From NCBI GenBank assembly GCA_050010515.1, contig JBEKKX010000005.1:14698-78697 (forward strand): 64,000 nt of DNA, read 5' to 3'. Origin of the DNA: Candidatus Bathyarchaeia archaeon (GTDB lineage: Archaea > Thermoproteota > Bathyarchaeia > Bathyarchaeales > Bathycorpusculaceae). Below the pieces are notes generated by a model. That model saw only the letters and a program-made list of their open reading frames with translations, did no database searches and had not been told where the DNA came from. This document shows, in pieces, positions 44,529 through 53,490 of this stretch; positions within the stretch are counted from its first letter, which is position 1; each line of letters opens with the position of its first letter. Made by a program: the position numbers and the translations under genes.

Positions 44529-45192
44529 CACTCATGAGTATGTCTGGCTTGTCGCTGGCTATGCCGTCCACGCCTTTCTTAGCGTATTCCTCGACTTCTT
44601 CTGGGTTGTTTATAGTCCAAACTATCACTTTTAAACCGTTTTCATGGGCTTTCTGGACATTAGCGGTATGCGTGAATCTGTAGAGGGCAAAAAGATAGTT
44701 CGCTTTCAGTTCTAACGCTGCTTTAATTGGGTTCTTGTGCTTCGCGTAAATCAAGCCTGTCTCGATGTCCTTGTTTAATTCCCTAACTTTCTTTAGCGCA
44801 TCTTCAAGAAAAGAAGTGATAACAACATTCTTCTCTATGCCTTTCTTATGCACTGTTGAAAGCACTTGCTCTTCAATGCCCGTTTCCTTAAGCTCAACAA
44901 ACACCTTCACCTTCTTATCCAAAAAATCCAGCGTTTCCTCCAAAGTCGGAATTTTCTCGCCTTTCTCAGCGGAAAAGCTTTTGATTTCTTTAAGCGTAAG
45001 CTCACTTACTAAGCCTTCGCCGTTGGTTGTCCGCTTAACATCTGCGTCGTGAATGACGACAAGTTGGTTGTCTTTGGTCTTTCTAACATCCAACTCAACT
45101 GCATCTACGCCGATTTCTAATGCCTTCTTAAAACTCGCCAACGTATTCTCAGGCGCATAAGCCCTGGCGCCCCTATGACCAATACGCAACAT
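44518..45192 (-). CDS. Glycerophosphodiester phosphodiesterase
   Basis: IGHRG, PENT, ELDV, HD, VWT.N, GVDGI.SD. Confidence 0.93.
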   Translation of the reverse strand: MLRIGHRGARAYAPENTLASFKKALEIGVDAVELDVRKTKDNQLVVIHDADVKRTTNGEGLVSELTLKEIKSFSAEKGEKIPTLEETLDFLDKKVKVFVELKETGIEEQVLSTVHKKGIEKNVVITSFLEDALKKVRELNKDIETGLIYAKHKNPIKAALELKANYLFALYRFTHTANVQKAHENGLKVIVWTINNPEEVEEYAKKGVDGIASDKPDILMSVNA

Positions 45193-45251
45193 AATAAATT
45201 GATTCTTCAACGAAGAATAATACTTTTTGCAAGTTCCCTCTTTAGAGAGAT

Positions 45252-45281
45252 AAGTCTTAAATCTGAAAAGCGTAGAAATAG
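45252..45281 (+). promoter_or_regulatory. Cassette-head promoter motif, copy D (downstream gene apparently truncated)
   Basis: AAGTCTTAAATCTGAAAAGCGTAGAAATAG, ATG 6 nt later, then the nrdR-upstream repeat copy. Confidence 0.85.
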
Positions 45282-45311
45282 CCTAACATGGAAAAAACAG
45301 CCTTATATCTT

Positions 45312-45490
45312 TGCGCAAGCCTTAACCTAACTAGTATTTTATGCCAAAATGGTTTTTTTGAGCAAAAAAGGCGTTTCTAAAGTATTTTATTTTATCTTTT
45401 TTGTTTATTTTTTATGGGGAGTGTTCATGTCTCTATAGACAATATTTCAAATTTAATGTGGAAATACCTTATATATGCAAAAAACGTAGT
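45312..45490. repeat. About 180-bp dispersed repeat, copy 2
   Basis: Similar to 13362..13539; TATA retained, first NrdR box degenerate. Confidence 0.85.
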
Positions 45491-45833
45491 CATAATTTGG
45501 CATTAATGCCCCAAGGCAAGGCAGAGGAATGGAGTGTGTTACCATTCGTCTGTCTTGTCCCCTTTTTGAGTTTACTAAACCTTGAAATATTTTAGGCGAC
45601 TTTAACATATAAAAACTTTGGGTAAACGTTTCTGTCCAAGACAATGGTGTAAATCACCAGTCCAACCATTCAAAATTAATATCAAAATGTCAATTGACTT
45701 TTGAGACAATAACACACATGCTTAAAACTAAATTGCTTCAAATAATATATGATAAGTGTGATATCATGGTTAAAGATGACCGAGGCAAGAAATTTAGTTG
45801 TCTTAAATGTGGGGCTATGTTTAAGTGACCTGA

Positions 45834-45977
45834 ATGAGAGCAAAAGAAGTTTACTTATGCCATGAATGTCAGAAAAATATTGAAGTTGGTGATGACTTCA
45901 TAAGGTTCAAGGCTTTTGGGGTCGTTAGTTACTATCATAAAAAGTGTTTCAAAGAAACCCAGAAAAAACTAAGTTAG
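45834..45977 (+). CDS. Small CxxC...HxxC zinc-finger protein (47 aa)
   Basis: MRAKEVYLCHECQKNIEVGDDF...YYHKKCF. Its TAG stop lies within the junction repeat. Confidence 0.65.
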   Translation: MRAKEVYLCHECQKNIEVGDDFIRFKAFGVVSYYHKKCFKETQKKLS

Positions 45978-46073
45978 CTATCATGTAAAGAATTATTATC
46001 GAGTACATTCAAGGATTAGGAACTTCGCTATTATAGAGTAGACAAGTCTTAAATCTGAAAAGCTCTGAAATAG
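45971..46073 (+). repeat. About 103-bp junction repeat with CGAGTACAT core and cassette head E
   Basis: Aligns end to end with 47214..47316. Confidence 0.9.
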
Positions 46074-46092
46074 ACTAAACAGGGAATATCTT

Positions 46093-46524
46093 ATGAGTCC
46101 CATAGTGCCTAATTACGGTCCAATTCCAAAGTTAGAAGGTTACTTAGAAGACGCAGTAAAAACGAATTATTGGTTTTATGCTATTGTTTTCTCTGCTATC
46201 GAAGTTGAAAAATATGGCTGTGACAAAATTAGAAGCCATATGACCTCTCTAAAAGCTGAACCTTCTTTTATTGAAGCTATTTTAAAAAGAGTAAATTTGT
46301 TAACTGTAGCTGACTGTTTACTAGAATTAAAGTTCATTGAGAAAGAAGAGTACAAAACAATAACCGAACTTAATGCAATAAGAAATGATTGTGTTCATAG
46401 AACAGCAAAAGACCCAAGTATCAATGGTACAGAAGCTACCAAAAAATATGAACCACTAGTGAAGGAAGCAATAACTATTCTAAAAGAGAAACTTGATGCT
46501 GTTAGAATGTTTGCTGTTCCATAG
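46093..46524 (+). CDS. HEPN-like protein
   Basis: All-alpha appearance; RxxxxH motif in ELNAIRNDCVH. Confidence 0.6.
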   Translation: MSPIVPNYGPIPKLEGYLEDAVKTNYWFYAIVFSAIEVEKYGCDKIRSHMTSLKAEPSFIEAILKRVNLLTVADCLLELKFIEKEEYKTITELNAIRNDCVHRTAKDPSINGTEATKKYEPLVKEAITILKEKLDAVRMFAVP

Positions 46525-46604
46525 TGTTCTTCCTTGTTTTTGTAAACGGTTAGGGCTATTAACGAGTATTTTTGTTCTCAATACTGCTATTTTTCATTGA
46601 TAAT

Positions 46605-46635
46605 AAACCTTAAATCTGCATAAGGCACAGAATAG
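46605..46635 (+). promoter_or_regulatory. Cassette-head promoter motif, copy F
   Basis: AAACCTTAAATCTGCATAAGGCACAGAATAG; upstream TTTTCATTGAT is shared with copy H. Confidence 0.65.
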
Positions 46636-46653
46636 ACCAACTAAGGAAAATTT

Positions 46654-47220
46654 ATGAAAAGCTCGACTTACTATTTTTTAACTGTAATTATATCAATTTT
46701 TTTCTTTGCTGGAATGATTTTAACCACTCGATTTAATCCAAATATTAATTATGAAACTGCTTCCAACAGCACCAGTTCGTTTTTTGGAAATATACATTCT
46801 ATAGATTACGAAACAATACCTACCATCATTAACGGAATGACTACAATAACGAGTATTATTATAGGTTTTAGTGGCGCTATTATTGGGCTTGTTTATCGTG
46901 AAAATATGAAGAGTAAAGCACTAAGAAGAATTCTTCATGTATTTACCTTTGAATCTATAGCTGCTCTGGGTGTTCTGTTGGTTGTTTATTATTCTTTATT
47001 AGTCGGAGACTTTACCGATGCTTTAAGGTACTCTTTGGTTACAGTCCTCTTTTCGATATGCATTTTTTCTGTTTGCTTGGTTAGCGTTTTTTACAGAATA
47101 GATAAGCTGAAAGATGCAGAATTGCAAAATATGCAACCACCAACAAAAAGCTTGTCGAAATCATCGGAAAAAGAAGAGACTCAAAAAGAGGCTGAATTGC
47201 AAGAAAAAATTATAAGTTAG
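46654..47220 (+). CDS. Multi-TM hypothetical membrane protein
   Basis: About 4 hydrophobic helices and a charged tail; the stop lies within the junction repeat. Confidence 0.7.
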   Translation: MKSSTYYFLTVIISIFFFAGMILTTRFNPNINYETASNSTSSFFGNIHSIDYETIPTIINGMTTITSIIIGFSGAIIGLVYRENMKSKALRRILHVFTFESIAALGVLLVVYYSLLVGDFTDALRYSLVTVLFSICIFSVCLVSVFYRIDKLKDAELQNMQPPTKSLSKSSEKEETQKEAELQEKIIS

Positions 47221-47316
47221 CTACCATAGTAAACAACTCTTACCGAGTACATTCAAGGGTTAGGAACTTCGCTATTTAGAGTAGATAAGTCTTAAATCTA
47301 AAAAGCGTAGAAACAG
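47214..47316 (+). repeat. About 103-bp junction repeat with cassette head G
   Basis: Copy of 45971..46073; head AAGTCTTAAATCTAAAAAGCGTAGAAACAG at 47287-47316. Confidence 0.9.
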
Positions 47317-47322
47317 ATTAGC

Positions 47323-47907
47323 ATGGAAAATAAAAACAAAGAAGACACTGAAGATGCAAGAGCAAATAATGAAGACGAATGGCAACGGTTATCTTATCAA
47401 GAAATTGGTGAAGACAGACGACACTTCGACTCTATGTTGTGGGAAATTCCAACTGCAATCTTCTTGGTTGATTCCTTTTTATTAGGATTAGTCAGTTCTT
47501 TATCAGGTAAGGGCTTTTATCTGCTTATTCTTCAAGAAGTCTTGTTAGGTTTCGCTTCAGCTTTTACAATTCTCTTGACAGTGACCCTACGTAAAGTTGC
47601 TAAAAGGTCAATTGATAGAATGGAGTTGCTTAAACAAATGGAAGGGCAAACGAAAGAACAAACGAAAGAGCAAAGGGAAGTACAACTACCACCGATAAAA
47701 CACAAACGTTTTCCTGAAGAAAAAGGATACCTTACATGGAAGGTTGGAGTTCTCGTGTGTGGGTTGCTAATTTTGTTTGCTTTTGTCCTAATTGGTCTAA
47801 TGATTGCTCTATTTTTTTTACCCTCACATATTTTCAACCGTTACTCTTTCTATTCTGCAAAATGCATTAAACTGTTAGGGCTATTACCGAGTACATTCAA
47901 GGGTTAA
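47323..47907 (+). CDS. Three-TM hypothetical membrane protein
   Basis: YQ....DRRHFD..LW followed by TM helices; the 3' end reads through a junction core. Confidence 0.65.
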   Translation: MENKNKEDTEDARANNEDEWQRLSYQEIGEDRRHFDSMLWEIPTAIFLVDSFLLGLVSSLSGKGFYLLILQEVLLGFASAFTILLTVTLRKVAKRSIDRMELLKQMEGQTKEQTKEQREVQLPPIKHKRFPEEKGYLTWKVGVLVCGLLILFAFVLIGLMIALFFLPSHIFNRYSFYSAKCIKLLGLLPSTFKG

Positions 47908-48370
47908 GTATCTTCTTAATCTCCTTTTATCAAGTGCGGGGGGAGCTTACTCTATGGAGAGAATATTAAATAAAAACTGTAAATACTGATAAGAAAAGGC
48001 ACTAATTAACAATTTTTCATTTAATTCAATTTCCCATATATCAGTTCCATACCTGAAAGTAAATTATCTTTCCCAGATCACTTAATATCGGGACAAGGCA
48101 TCGCATTTGAAGGTCTCAAACGCTTTAAGGACATGTGACTTGTAACGAAAGTTTGCTGTCAAAACGTATATGCATTTTCCCCCGGGAAGGTAGTAGCCTA
48201 CACGTATATTCAATCCTATTGAAAACCATGACAATAGAAGAAGGCCCAAATAGCAAAGGTTACTTTAAGCAAAACCAAAAGTTGTGACTCTTTTTGCTAA
48301 AAAAAGCACTTGCGGAATCTACTGATAGAGTAACAATTTTTTTAAAGAAAATTAGCAAGGAGGGATAGGG

Positions 48371-48416
48371 TATCAATTTAGCAACTGAATTTCTCTAGCA
48401 AAATTGACAGGTAAAG
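48371..48416. repeat. About 45-bp island right-end repeat, copy 1
   Basis: TATCAATTTAGCAACTGAATTTCTCTAGCAAAATTGACAGGTAAAG matches 59023..59067. Confidence 0.85.
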
Positions 48417-48496
48417 AACGTAATTTTTGCATTTCTCTATAGACGTAGAGTGGGTGGCTATATTCTTTGAAAACACTATGGACACAAACATGATTT

Positions 48497-49327
48497 TTAT
48501 GCTGCTGCATCCAGTGTTTTTAGCATGCTTCCTGACCGGTAGCCTTCCAAATCAACTGTTACATACTTGAATCCTAATTTTTTCAAATCTTCAGCTACCC
48601 TGTCCAAAACATCGACATTGCAAAAGAGCGCTCTTTCAGTTTTTCCAACTTCTATTCTTGCTAACCCGTTATGGTCTCTAACTCGGATCTGCTTAACCCC
48701 AGTTATCGCTTTTACGGCTTGCTCTGCCTTGTCGATTCTACTCAACTTCTCAGCCGTAATTCTCTCATTAAACGGTATCCTCGAAGCCAAACACGCTAAA
48801 GCAGGCTTGTCATGAACGCTAAGCCCCATGGTTTTGGCTACTTGGCGAATCTCATCCTTACTAAACTTGTTAATCATCCATGGACTATACACGCTTTTTA
48901 CTTCCTGAACAGCTTTGAATCCTGGTCTGTGATCGTTTAAATCGGTGAAGTTTGTGCCTTCAAAAACCGCTTTGAACCCGAGTTCATGCGCAAAGTCAAT
49001 TAGGGATTTGAGTAATTCTTTTTTGCAGTAGTAGCAGCGGTTTTCAGGGTTTTTGCTAAAATTTTCGTTGGATAACTCGTCAGTTTCAATCACATGCAGT
49101 TTGATGCCTATGTCCTTGGCTGTTTTTTTAGCATCCGTTAGCTCTTCAGACGTGTATGTTGGAGATTGAGCTATAACGGCCACAGCCTTCTCGCCTAGAA
49201 CCCCGTGGCTTACAGCAGCTAATGTTGAGCTGTCCACGCCTCCAGAAAAAGCGATTACCACGCCGTCCTTTCCTTTTTCCTTGATGAAAGCTTTGAGTTC
49301 TTCAAGTTTACGATTTAAGTCTTCCAT
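48497..49327 (-). CDS. larE: ATP-dependent sulfur transferase LarE
   Basis: PP-loop FSGGVDS, RCYYCK, D.RPG, ACLASRIP, RVR.H, GYRSGS. Confidence 0.93.
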   Translation of the reverse strand: MEDLNRKLEELKAFIKEKGKDGVVIAFSGGVDSSTLAAVSHGVLGEKAVAVIAQSPTYTSEELTDAKKTAKDIGIKLHVIETDELSNENFSKNPENRCYYCKKELLKSLIDFAHELGFKAVFEGTNFTDLNDHRPGFKAVQEVKSVYSPWMINKFSKDEIRQVAKTMGLSVHDKPALACLASRIPFNERITAEKLSRIDKAEQAVKAITGVKQIRVRDHNGLARIEVGKTERALFCNVDVLDRVAEDLKKLGFKYVTVDLEGYRSGSMLKTLDAAA

Positions 49328-49341
49328 GCAAATCACGTCGT

Positions 49342-50586
49342 TTAGCTAAAAATTTCTTTTGCCTTCGAAATTGCAAGCTCCGAAAGTTCTCTAAGAGGCT
49401 TACTGGTTTTTTCTGCTAACCTTTTAAGATCGTCGTATTCGGGTTTTATGCGGATGATTTCTCCATTGCTGTTTTTTGAAACTTTTACTTTTACTGGTTC
49501 TTTAACGCCGCCGATCAGCAAATTGACAGAATACAATTCACGGGTTACAATGTGTCTTTCACATAAGTAAACTCTGACTCCCAACGTGCCTGTTTCATTA
49601 ATCAGCACACGTGAGAGGTGTTGGGTATCTTTTTGGTCAGCGATTACCTTGATAATTTGCCCAGGTCTATTCTTTTTAGTGTACATGGGAATGATGCTTA
49701 CGTCTTTTGCGCCTTCCGCAAGAAGCCGATCAACGGCATGCCCCACGATTTCCCCTGACACGTCATCAACGTTAGTCTCCAACACGGCAACCTGATCCTT
49801 CATCACGCTTTTTTCTAACGTTTTACCCATGGTTATTCGAAGAACGTTAGGTATTTCAGAAAACTCTTTTCCACCTGCACCATAACCAACTTTCATGGGA
49901 GCCATCTCAGGGTAAAACCTGCTTACTTCGTCCGCTAAATTAACTATTATTGCTGCCCCCGTCGGTGTAGCTAGTTCCGACTCGACCGGTCCGCCTTTAA
50001 TCGGAAAATTCTTTGATTGAAAAATAGCTAGCGCTGCCGGAGATGGACTTGACACTGTGCCATGCGAGAATTTGAATAATCCTCCGCCGACGGAGACAGG
50101 TGTCGAAATGATTTTAGCGTTAAAGAAGCCCAAGTCTTCCATGGCAACTGCCGAACCGATAATTTCCGCGGCAGTATCAACCAACCCGACCTCATGCAGA
50201 TGCGCATCAGCCAAATGATGTCCGTGAAGTTTCGCTTCTGCATCAACCAACGTGTGGATGACGTTTGAGGCGTACTGCTTTGCTTTTGCTGAAAGCTTGA
50301 GGTTTTCTGCTGTTTTTTCAACTATTTCGATTAATTGTTTCCCGTCTTTTCTGGTTTTTCCTTCGGCTGTGACGTCTACCTTGGTGGCTCTGAACTCTTT
50401 ACGCATAACCTGCTTGATATCAACCACCACGTTCTTGTAACCGTAATCGGCGTTCTCCAGACTTTTTATGGCTGAAGTAACCTTGTTTACATCTGCTCCA
50501 AGATCCAGTAATGCGCCCAGAATCATGTCTCCAGAAACTCCAGCGACTTGACAATCAATCATAACTATTCTAGAAAATTCAGTCAT
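49342..50586 (-). CDS. larC: Nickel insertase LarC
   Basis: GVSGDM.LGAL, AE..HG...HLHEVG..D, EL.TPTGA, ETNVDD, KKNRPG, TGTLGVR, KPEYDD. Confidence 0.93.
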   Translation of the reverse strand: MTEFSRIVMIDCQVAGVSGDMILGALLDLGADVNKVTSAIKSLENADYGYKNVVVDIKQVMRKEFRATKVDVTAEGKTRKDGKQLIEIVEKTAENLKLSAKAKQYASNVIHTLVDAEAKLHGHHLADAHLHEVGLVDTAAEIIGSAVAMEDLGFFNAKIISTPVSVGGGLFKFSHGTVSSPSPAALAIFQSKNFPIKGGPVESELATPTGAAIIVNLADEVSRFYPEMAPMKVGYGAGGKEFSEIPNVLRITMGKTLEKSVMKDQVAVLETNVDDVSGEIVGHAVDRLLAEGAKDVSIIPMYTKKNRPGQIIKVIADQKDTQHLSRVLINETGTLGVRVYLCERHIVTRELYSVNLLIGGVKEPVKVKVSKNSNGEIIRIKPEYDDLKRLAEKTSKPLRELSELAISKAKEIFS

Positions 50587-50665
50587 TCCGTTTCGACCGC
50601 TTGCATATATTAAAAAAGCAAAAACGATATATTGCTTGTGGTTCTTCAGGCAAGTGATTGAAATC

Positions 50666-51448
50666 ATGTCCACATTGAAAGAGATTCTTGAAAAAACCGC
50701 TAAAAACGAGTTAACAGTTGAGGAAGCAGAAAAACTGTTGCGGCTGCTAGCTATCGCTGAAGTTGAAGGCATGGCAAAAATTGACGCTAACAGGGAACAC
50801 AGGAAAGGCGTGCCTGAAATAATTTTAGCTGAGAACAAAACAACAAGTGACCTAGTTGAAATAACCCTTCGGATGCTTGGTGAAAACGGGAGAGTAATAG
50901 TGAGCAGATGCAGTCAAGAACAAGTTCAAGCCCTCAAAAAGGCGCAGCCTGACGACGCAGCTTTCCAGATTAACGAAAAAGCAAGAATGGTCATCATTAA
51001 AAAGAAAAACCTTGCCGTTAAAAACACAGGTGGAAAGATTGGGCTTTTAACCGCAGGCACCTCTGACATTCCAGTGGCTGAAGAGGCAAAGGTGATTGCT
51101 GAAGAAATGGGCTGCCAAGTTTATGCATCGTATGATTTGGGTGTGGCTGGAATTCACAGGGTTCTTCAACCCCTAAAAGACTTAATCATGAAGGATGTTG
51201 ACGTTATTATTGTGGTTGCAGGCAGGGAAGGCGCTTTGGCTTCAGTGGTTGCTGGCATGGTTAATGTTCCGGTGATTGCGGTTCCAACTTCTAATAGTTA
51301 CGGTTTTGGCGAAAAAGGAGTAAGCACCTTGATGGCTATGCTTCAGTCATGTTCACTGGGTTTGGCAGTTGTAAACATTGACGCTGGAGTTGCTGCTGGC
51401 GCGATGGCTACGTTAATTGCGAATCGTGCTGCTAAATTTAGAAGTTAA
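50666..51448 (+). CDS. larB: NPN cofactor carboxylase/hydrolase LarB
   Basis: G.PE, AGTSD.PVAEE, D.GVAG.HR, AG.EGAL, VPTS..YG, VVNID. Confidence 0.93.
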   Translation: MSTLKEILEKTAKNELTVEEAEKLLRLLAIAEVEGMAKIDANREHRKGVPEIILAENKTTSDLVEITLRMLGENGRVIVSRCSQEQVQALKKAQPDDAAFQINEKARMVIIKKKNLAVKNTGGKIGLLTAGTSDIPVAEEAKVIAEEMGCQVYASYDLGVAGIHRVLQPLKDLIMKDVDVIIVVAGREGALASVVAGMVNVPVIAVPTSNSYGFGEKGVSTLMAMLQSCSLGLAVVNIDAGVAAGAMATLIANRAAKFRS

Positions 51449-51555
51449 AGACGGGTTAGTTTTTGGCTTGCAGCGCCTTTTAGCAGGTTTATTCGAGATT
51501 TCAGTAGAATGCTTATATAGTTTTAGGGCTCACTCAAAAGTGAGGTATTTAACCG

Positions 51556-52017
51556 ATGACTTTTCAAGATAAAATCTTTTTGAACCCGATAGGCCGCGTA
51601 AAAACCGAAGCTGTTGGCGACGAGGTTAAAGATAAATCCAGAATCTCACAGATTATCCTTCGTGACGAGTTAGTTGGAACCTTAGAGGGTGTTGATGGCT
51701 TTTCACACTTGTTTGTGCTTTTTTGGCTCAACCAAATTTCCAATCAGCAACGTATGACATTGAAGGTTCATCCTAGAGGCAGAATGGACATGCCTCTGCT
51801 TGGAGTTTTCGCTACCAGAACCAACCTTCGCCCAAACCCCATCGGACTAACACTAGTTGAGTTGTTAAAGGTTGAAGGCAACACTTTGACTGTTCGCGGT
51901 CTGGACGCCTTCGACGGCACACCAATCTTGGATATTAAGCCCTTTGATTCTTGGGACAACACGGAAAAAGCCAGAGTCCCTGATTGGTGGATTAAGCTGA
52001 ACAAGGAAAAACGGTAG
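51556..52017 (+). CDS. tsaA: tRNA m6t6A37 methyltransferase TrmO/TsaA family
   Basis: GVFATR...RPNPIG, GLDA.DGTPILDIKP. Confidence 0.9.
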   Translation: MTFQDKIFLNPIGRVKTEAVGDEVKDKSRISQIILRDELVGTLEGVDGFSHLFVLFWLNQISNQQRMTLKVHPRGRMDMPLLGVFATRTNLRPNPIGLTLVELLKVEGNTLTVRGLDAFDGTPILDIKPFDSWDNTEKARVPDWWIKLNKEKR

Positions 52018-52020
52018 AAG

Positions 52021-52521
52021 CTATAACAAGTCTTGGATGCCATATTTTGCGTCAAACACTTTCAAAAGTTCTGCTCTAAGCTCTTCACCCTTTAAACCAG
52101 TAGCCTTAATGCCTCCAATTTCTTTGGTAAGCTCTTGCTCTTTGCAGGCTTCTTTTAGCCAGTTTTCAAAGTCGCTCCTGTAGAGGTGAAATTCAAGCGA
52201 ACCTGTGCTGACCTGCTTTATAGCCATGTAAAACTCTTGCAGCGTCTCCGCGGTTAAGTCTGCGGGCTGATTGATGCCAAAGTAAAAGTGGAAACTCATT
52301 TCTTCTGGAACAGGCGTGAACACTTTGAAGGCTGCTTTTCCTTTTTCAGTAATACCATATCCTCTTTCGCTTCTTTGCAGAAAGCCCTCTTTTGCTAGTT
52401 CTTGAATTAGCTGCATAGTTTGGGTTGTGCTCAAATTCACCTTTTTAGCAAACATGTTCAGGTCCATGCGGCCTGTAGCTTCAATCATAGTTTTTAAAAC
52501 TTTAAATTGTTCCTCTTTCAA
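52021..52521 (-). CDS. wHTH plus DUF5752-like domain protein
   Basis: N-terminal wHTH (YGITEKG); C-terminal 'SLEFHLYRSDFENW'. Confidence 0.65.
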   Translation of the reverse strand: MKEEQFKVLKTMIEATGRMDLNMFAKKVNLSTTQTMQLIQELAKEGFLQRSERGYGITEKGKAAFKVFTPVPEEMSFHFYFGINQPADLTAETLQEFYMAIKQVSTGSLEFHLYRSDFENWLKEACKEQELTKEIGGIKATGLKGEELRAELLKVFDAKYGIQDLL

Positions 52522-52589
52522 ATAGCTTCCCTCACCTACTATTATTGTTTAAACGTAAATTTAAATATCAACCATCCGCTATAATTACG

Positions 52590-53111
52590 TCAAAAGGTTT
52601 CTTTATGCATTATTTCACTTACTGGTCTTCTGCTTCTGGCTGCGGGTGCCTCGTTTGGATATCCTACTGGAATCAAGGCTATTGGCCGCATTTCTTTAGG
52701 GGCTTTAATGGCTTTCCTTATTTCGTCTTCTTTGAATGCTCCAATCCAGCATGAACCTAAACCAAGCGAGTAAGCGGTTAACAGGATATTTTGAATTGCA
52801 GCCGCGGTGTCCTGAATGCAAAACAATGATTTACCACGTTCAGCATAGCTTTGTTCAGCCAGCTTCTCATCAGCGCAAACCACAAAAACAACTGATGCTT
52901 CTTCAAGGTCTTTTTGCCCAAAAGCCGCCATAGAAAGATTTCGCTTCATTTTCTGCGAGCTTACAACTACAAATGTCCACGGTTGAACGTTTCCTGCGGA
53001 TGGCGCCCAGCGTGCGGCTTCAAGAAGTTTTTCAATAATGTCTTGGGTTACGGCTTGTTTTTTGAATACTCTTATGCTTCTTCTATTCTTGATAATTTCC
53101 AGAAGGTCCAT
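52590..53111 (-). CDS. Nitroreductase family protein
   Basis: RRSIR, APSAGN.QPW, QN.LL.A..LGLGSCW, GYP. Confidence 0.92.
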   Translation of the reverse strand: MDLLEIIKNRRSIRVFKKQAVTQDIIEKLLEAARWAPSAGNVQPWTFVVVSSQKMKRNLSMAAFGQKDLEEASVVFVVCADEKLAEQSYAERGKSLFCIQDTAAAIQNILLTAYSLGLGSCWIGAFKEDEIRKAIKAPKEMRPIALIPVGYPNEAPAARSRRPVSEIMHKETF

Positions 53112-53490
53112 TACCTTAGACCACTCCGCAACTAAATATTCAGTTGAATGGATTAAAAAAAGTTTCTTTATGGTCAATGTGTTTTAGCGGGGTTCTGTGA
53201 AGTCTCCATTTGGTAAGTTTCGCTGTGAAAAATCGTTGGGTGGGTTATTTGGTTCGATTAACTTTCGGTTTATGGCTCTTTTAAGGCACTTATGATAACT
53301 TCTTCAAGTTTATTCATAATTGGAGCTAAGTCTTCTGAACTTTTTAGGCCGGCAATTACAGCTTTCTCAGAAGCCCAGAAAACAATTTCAGCGTACAGAG
53401 ACCTCATTCTAACAAACCTTATATTTCAATCGAACAAACTTACCTCCAAAAAAGATTCAGTTCTCATAGTACATACAAGAGAGGGGAGGT

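Noticed and set aside
45971-47907. Classical integron attC sites
   Set aside because: GTTAG and CTAAC words occur, but in the order GTT...AAC across the spacer rather than RYYYAAC...GTTRRRY, and I could not fold an attC hairpin. I also did not recognise an IntI-specific insertion in the integrase.
50587-50838. Long N-terminal extension of larC in the ORF track
   Set aside because: It is the antisense shadow of larB; LarC similarity starts at ATG 50586.
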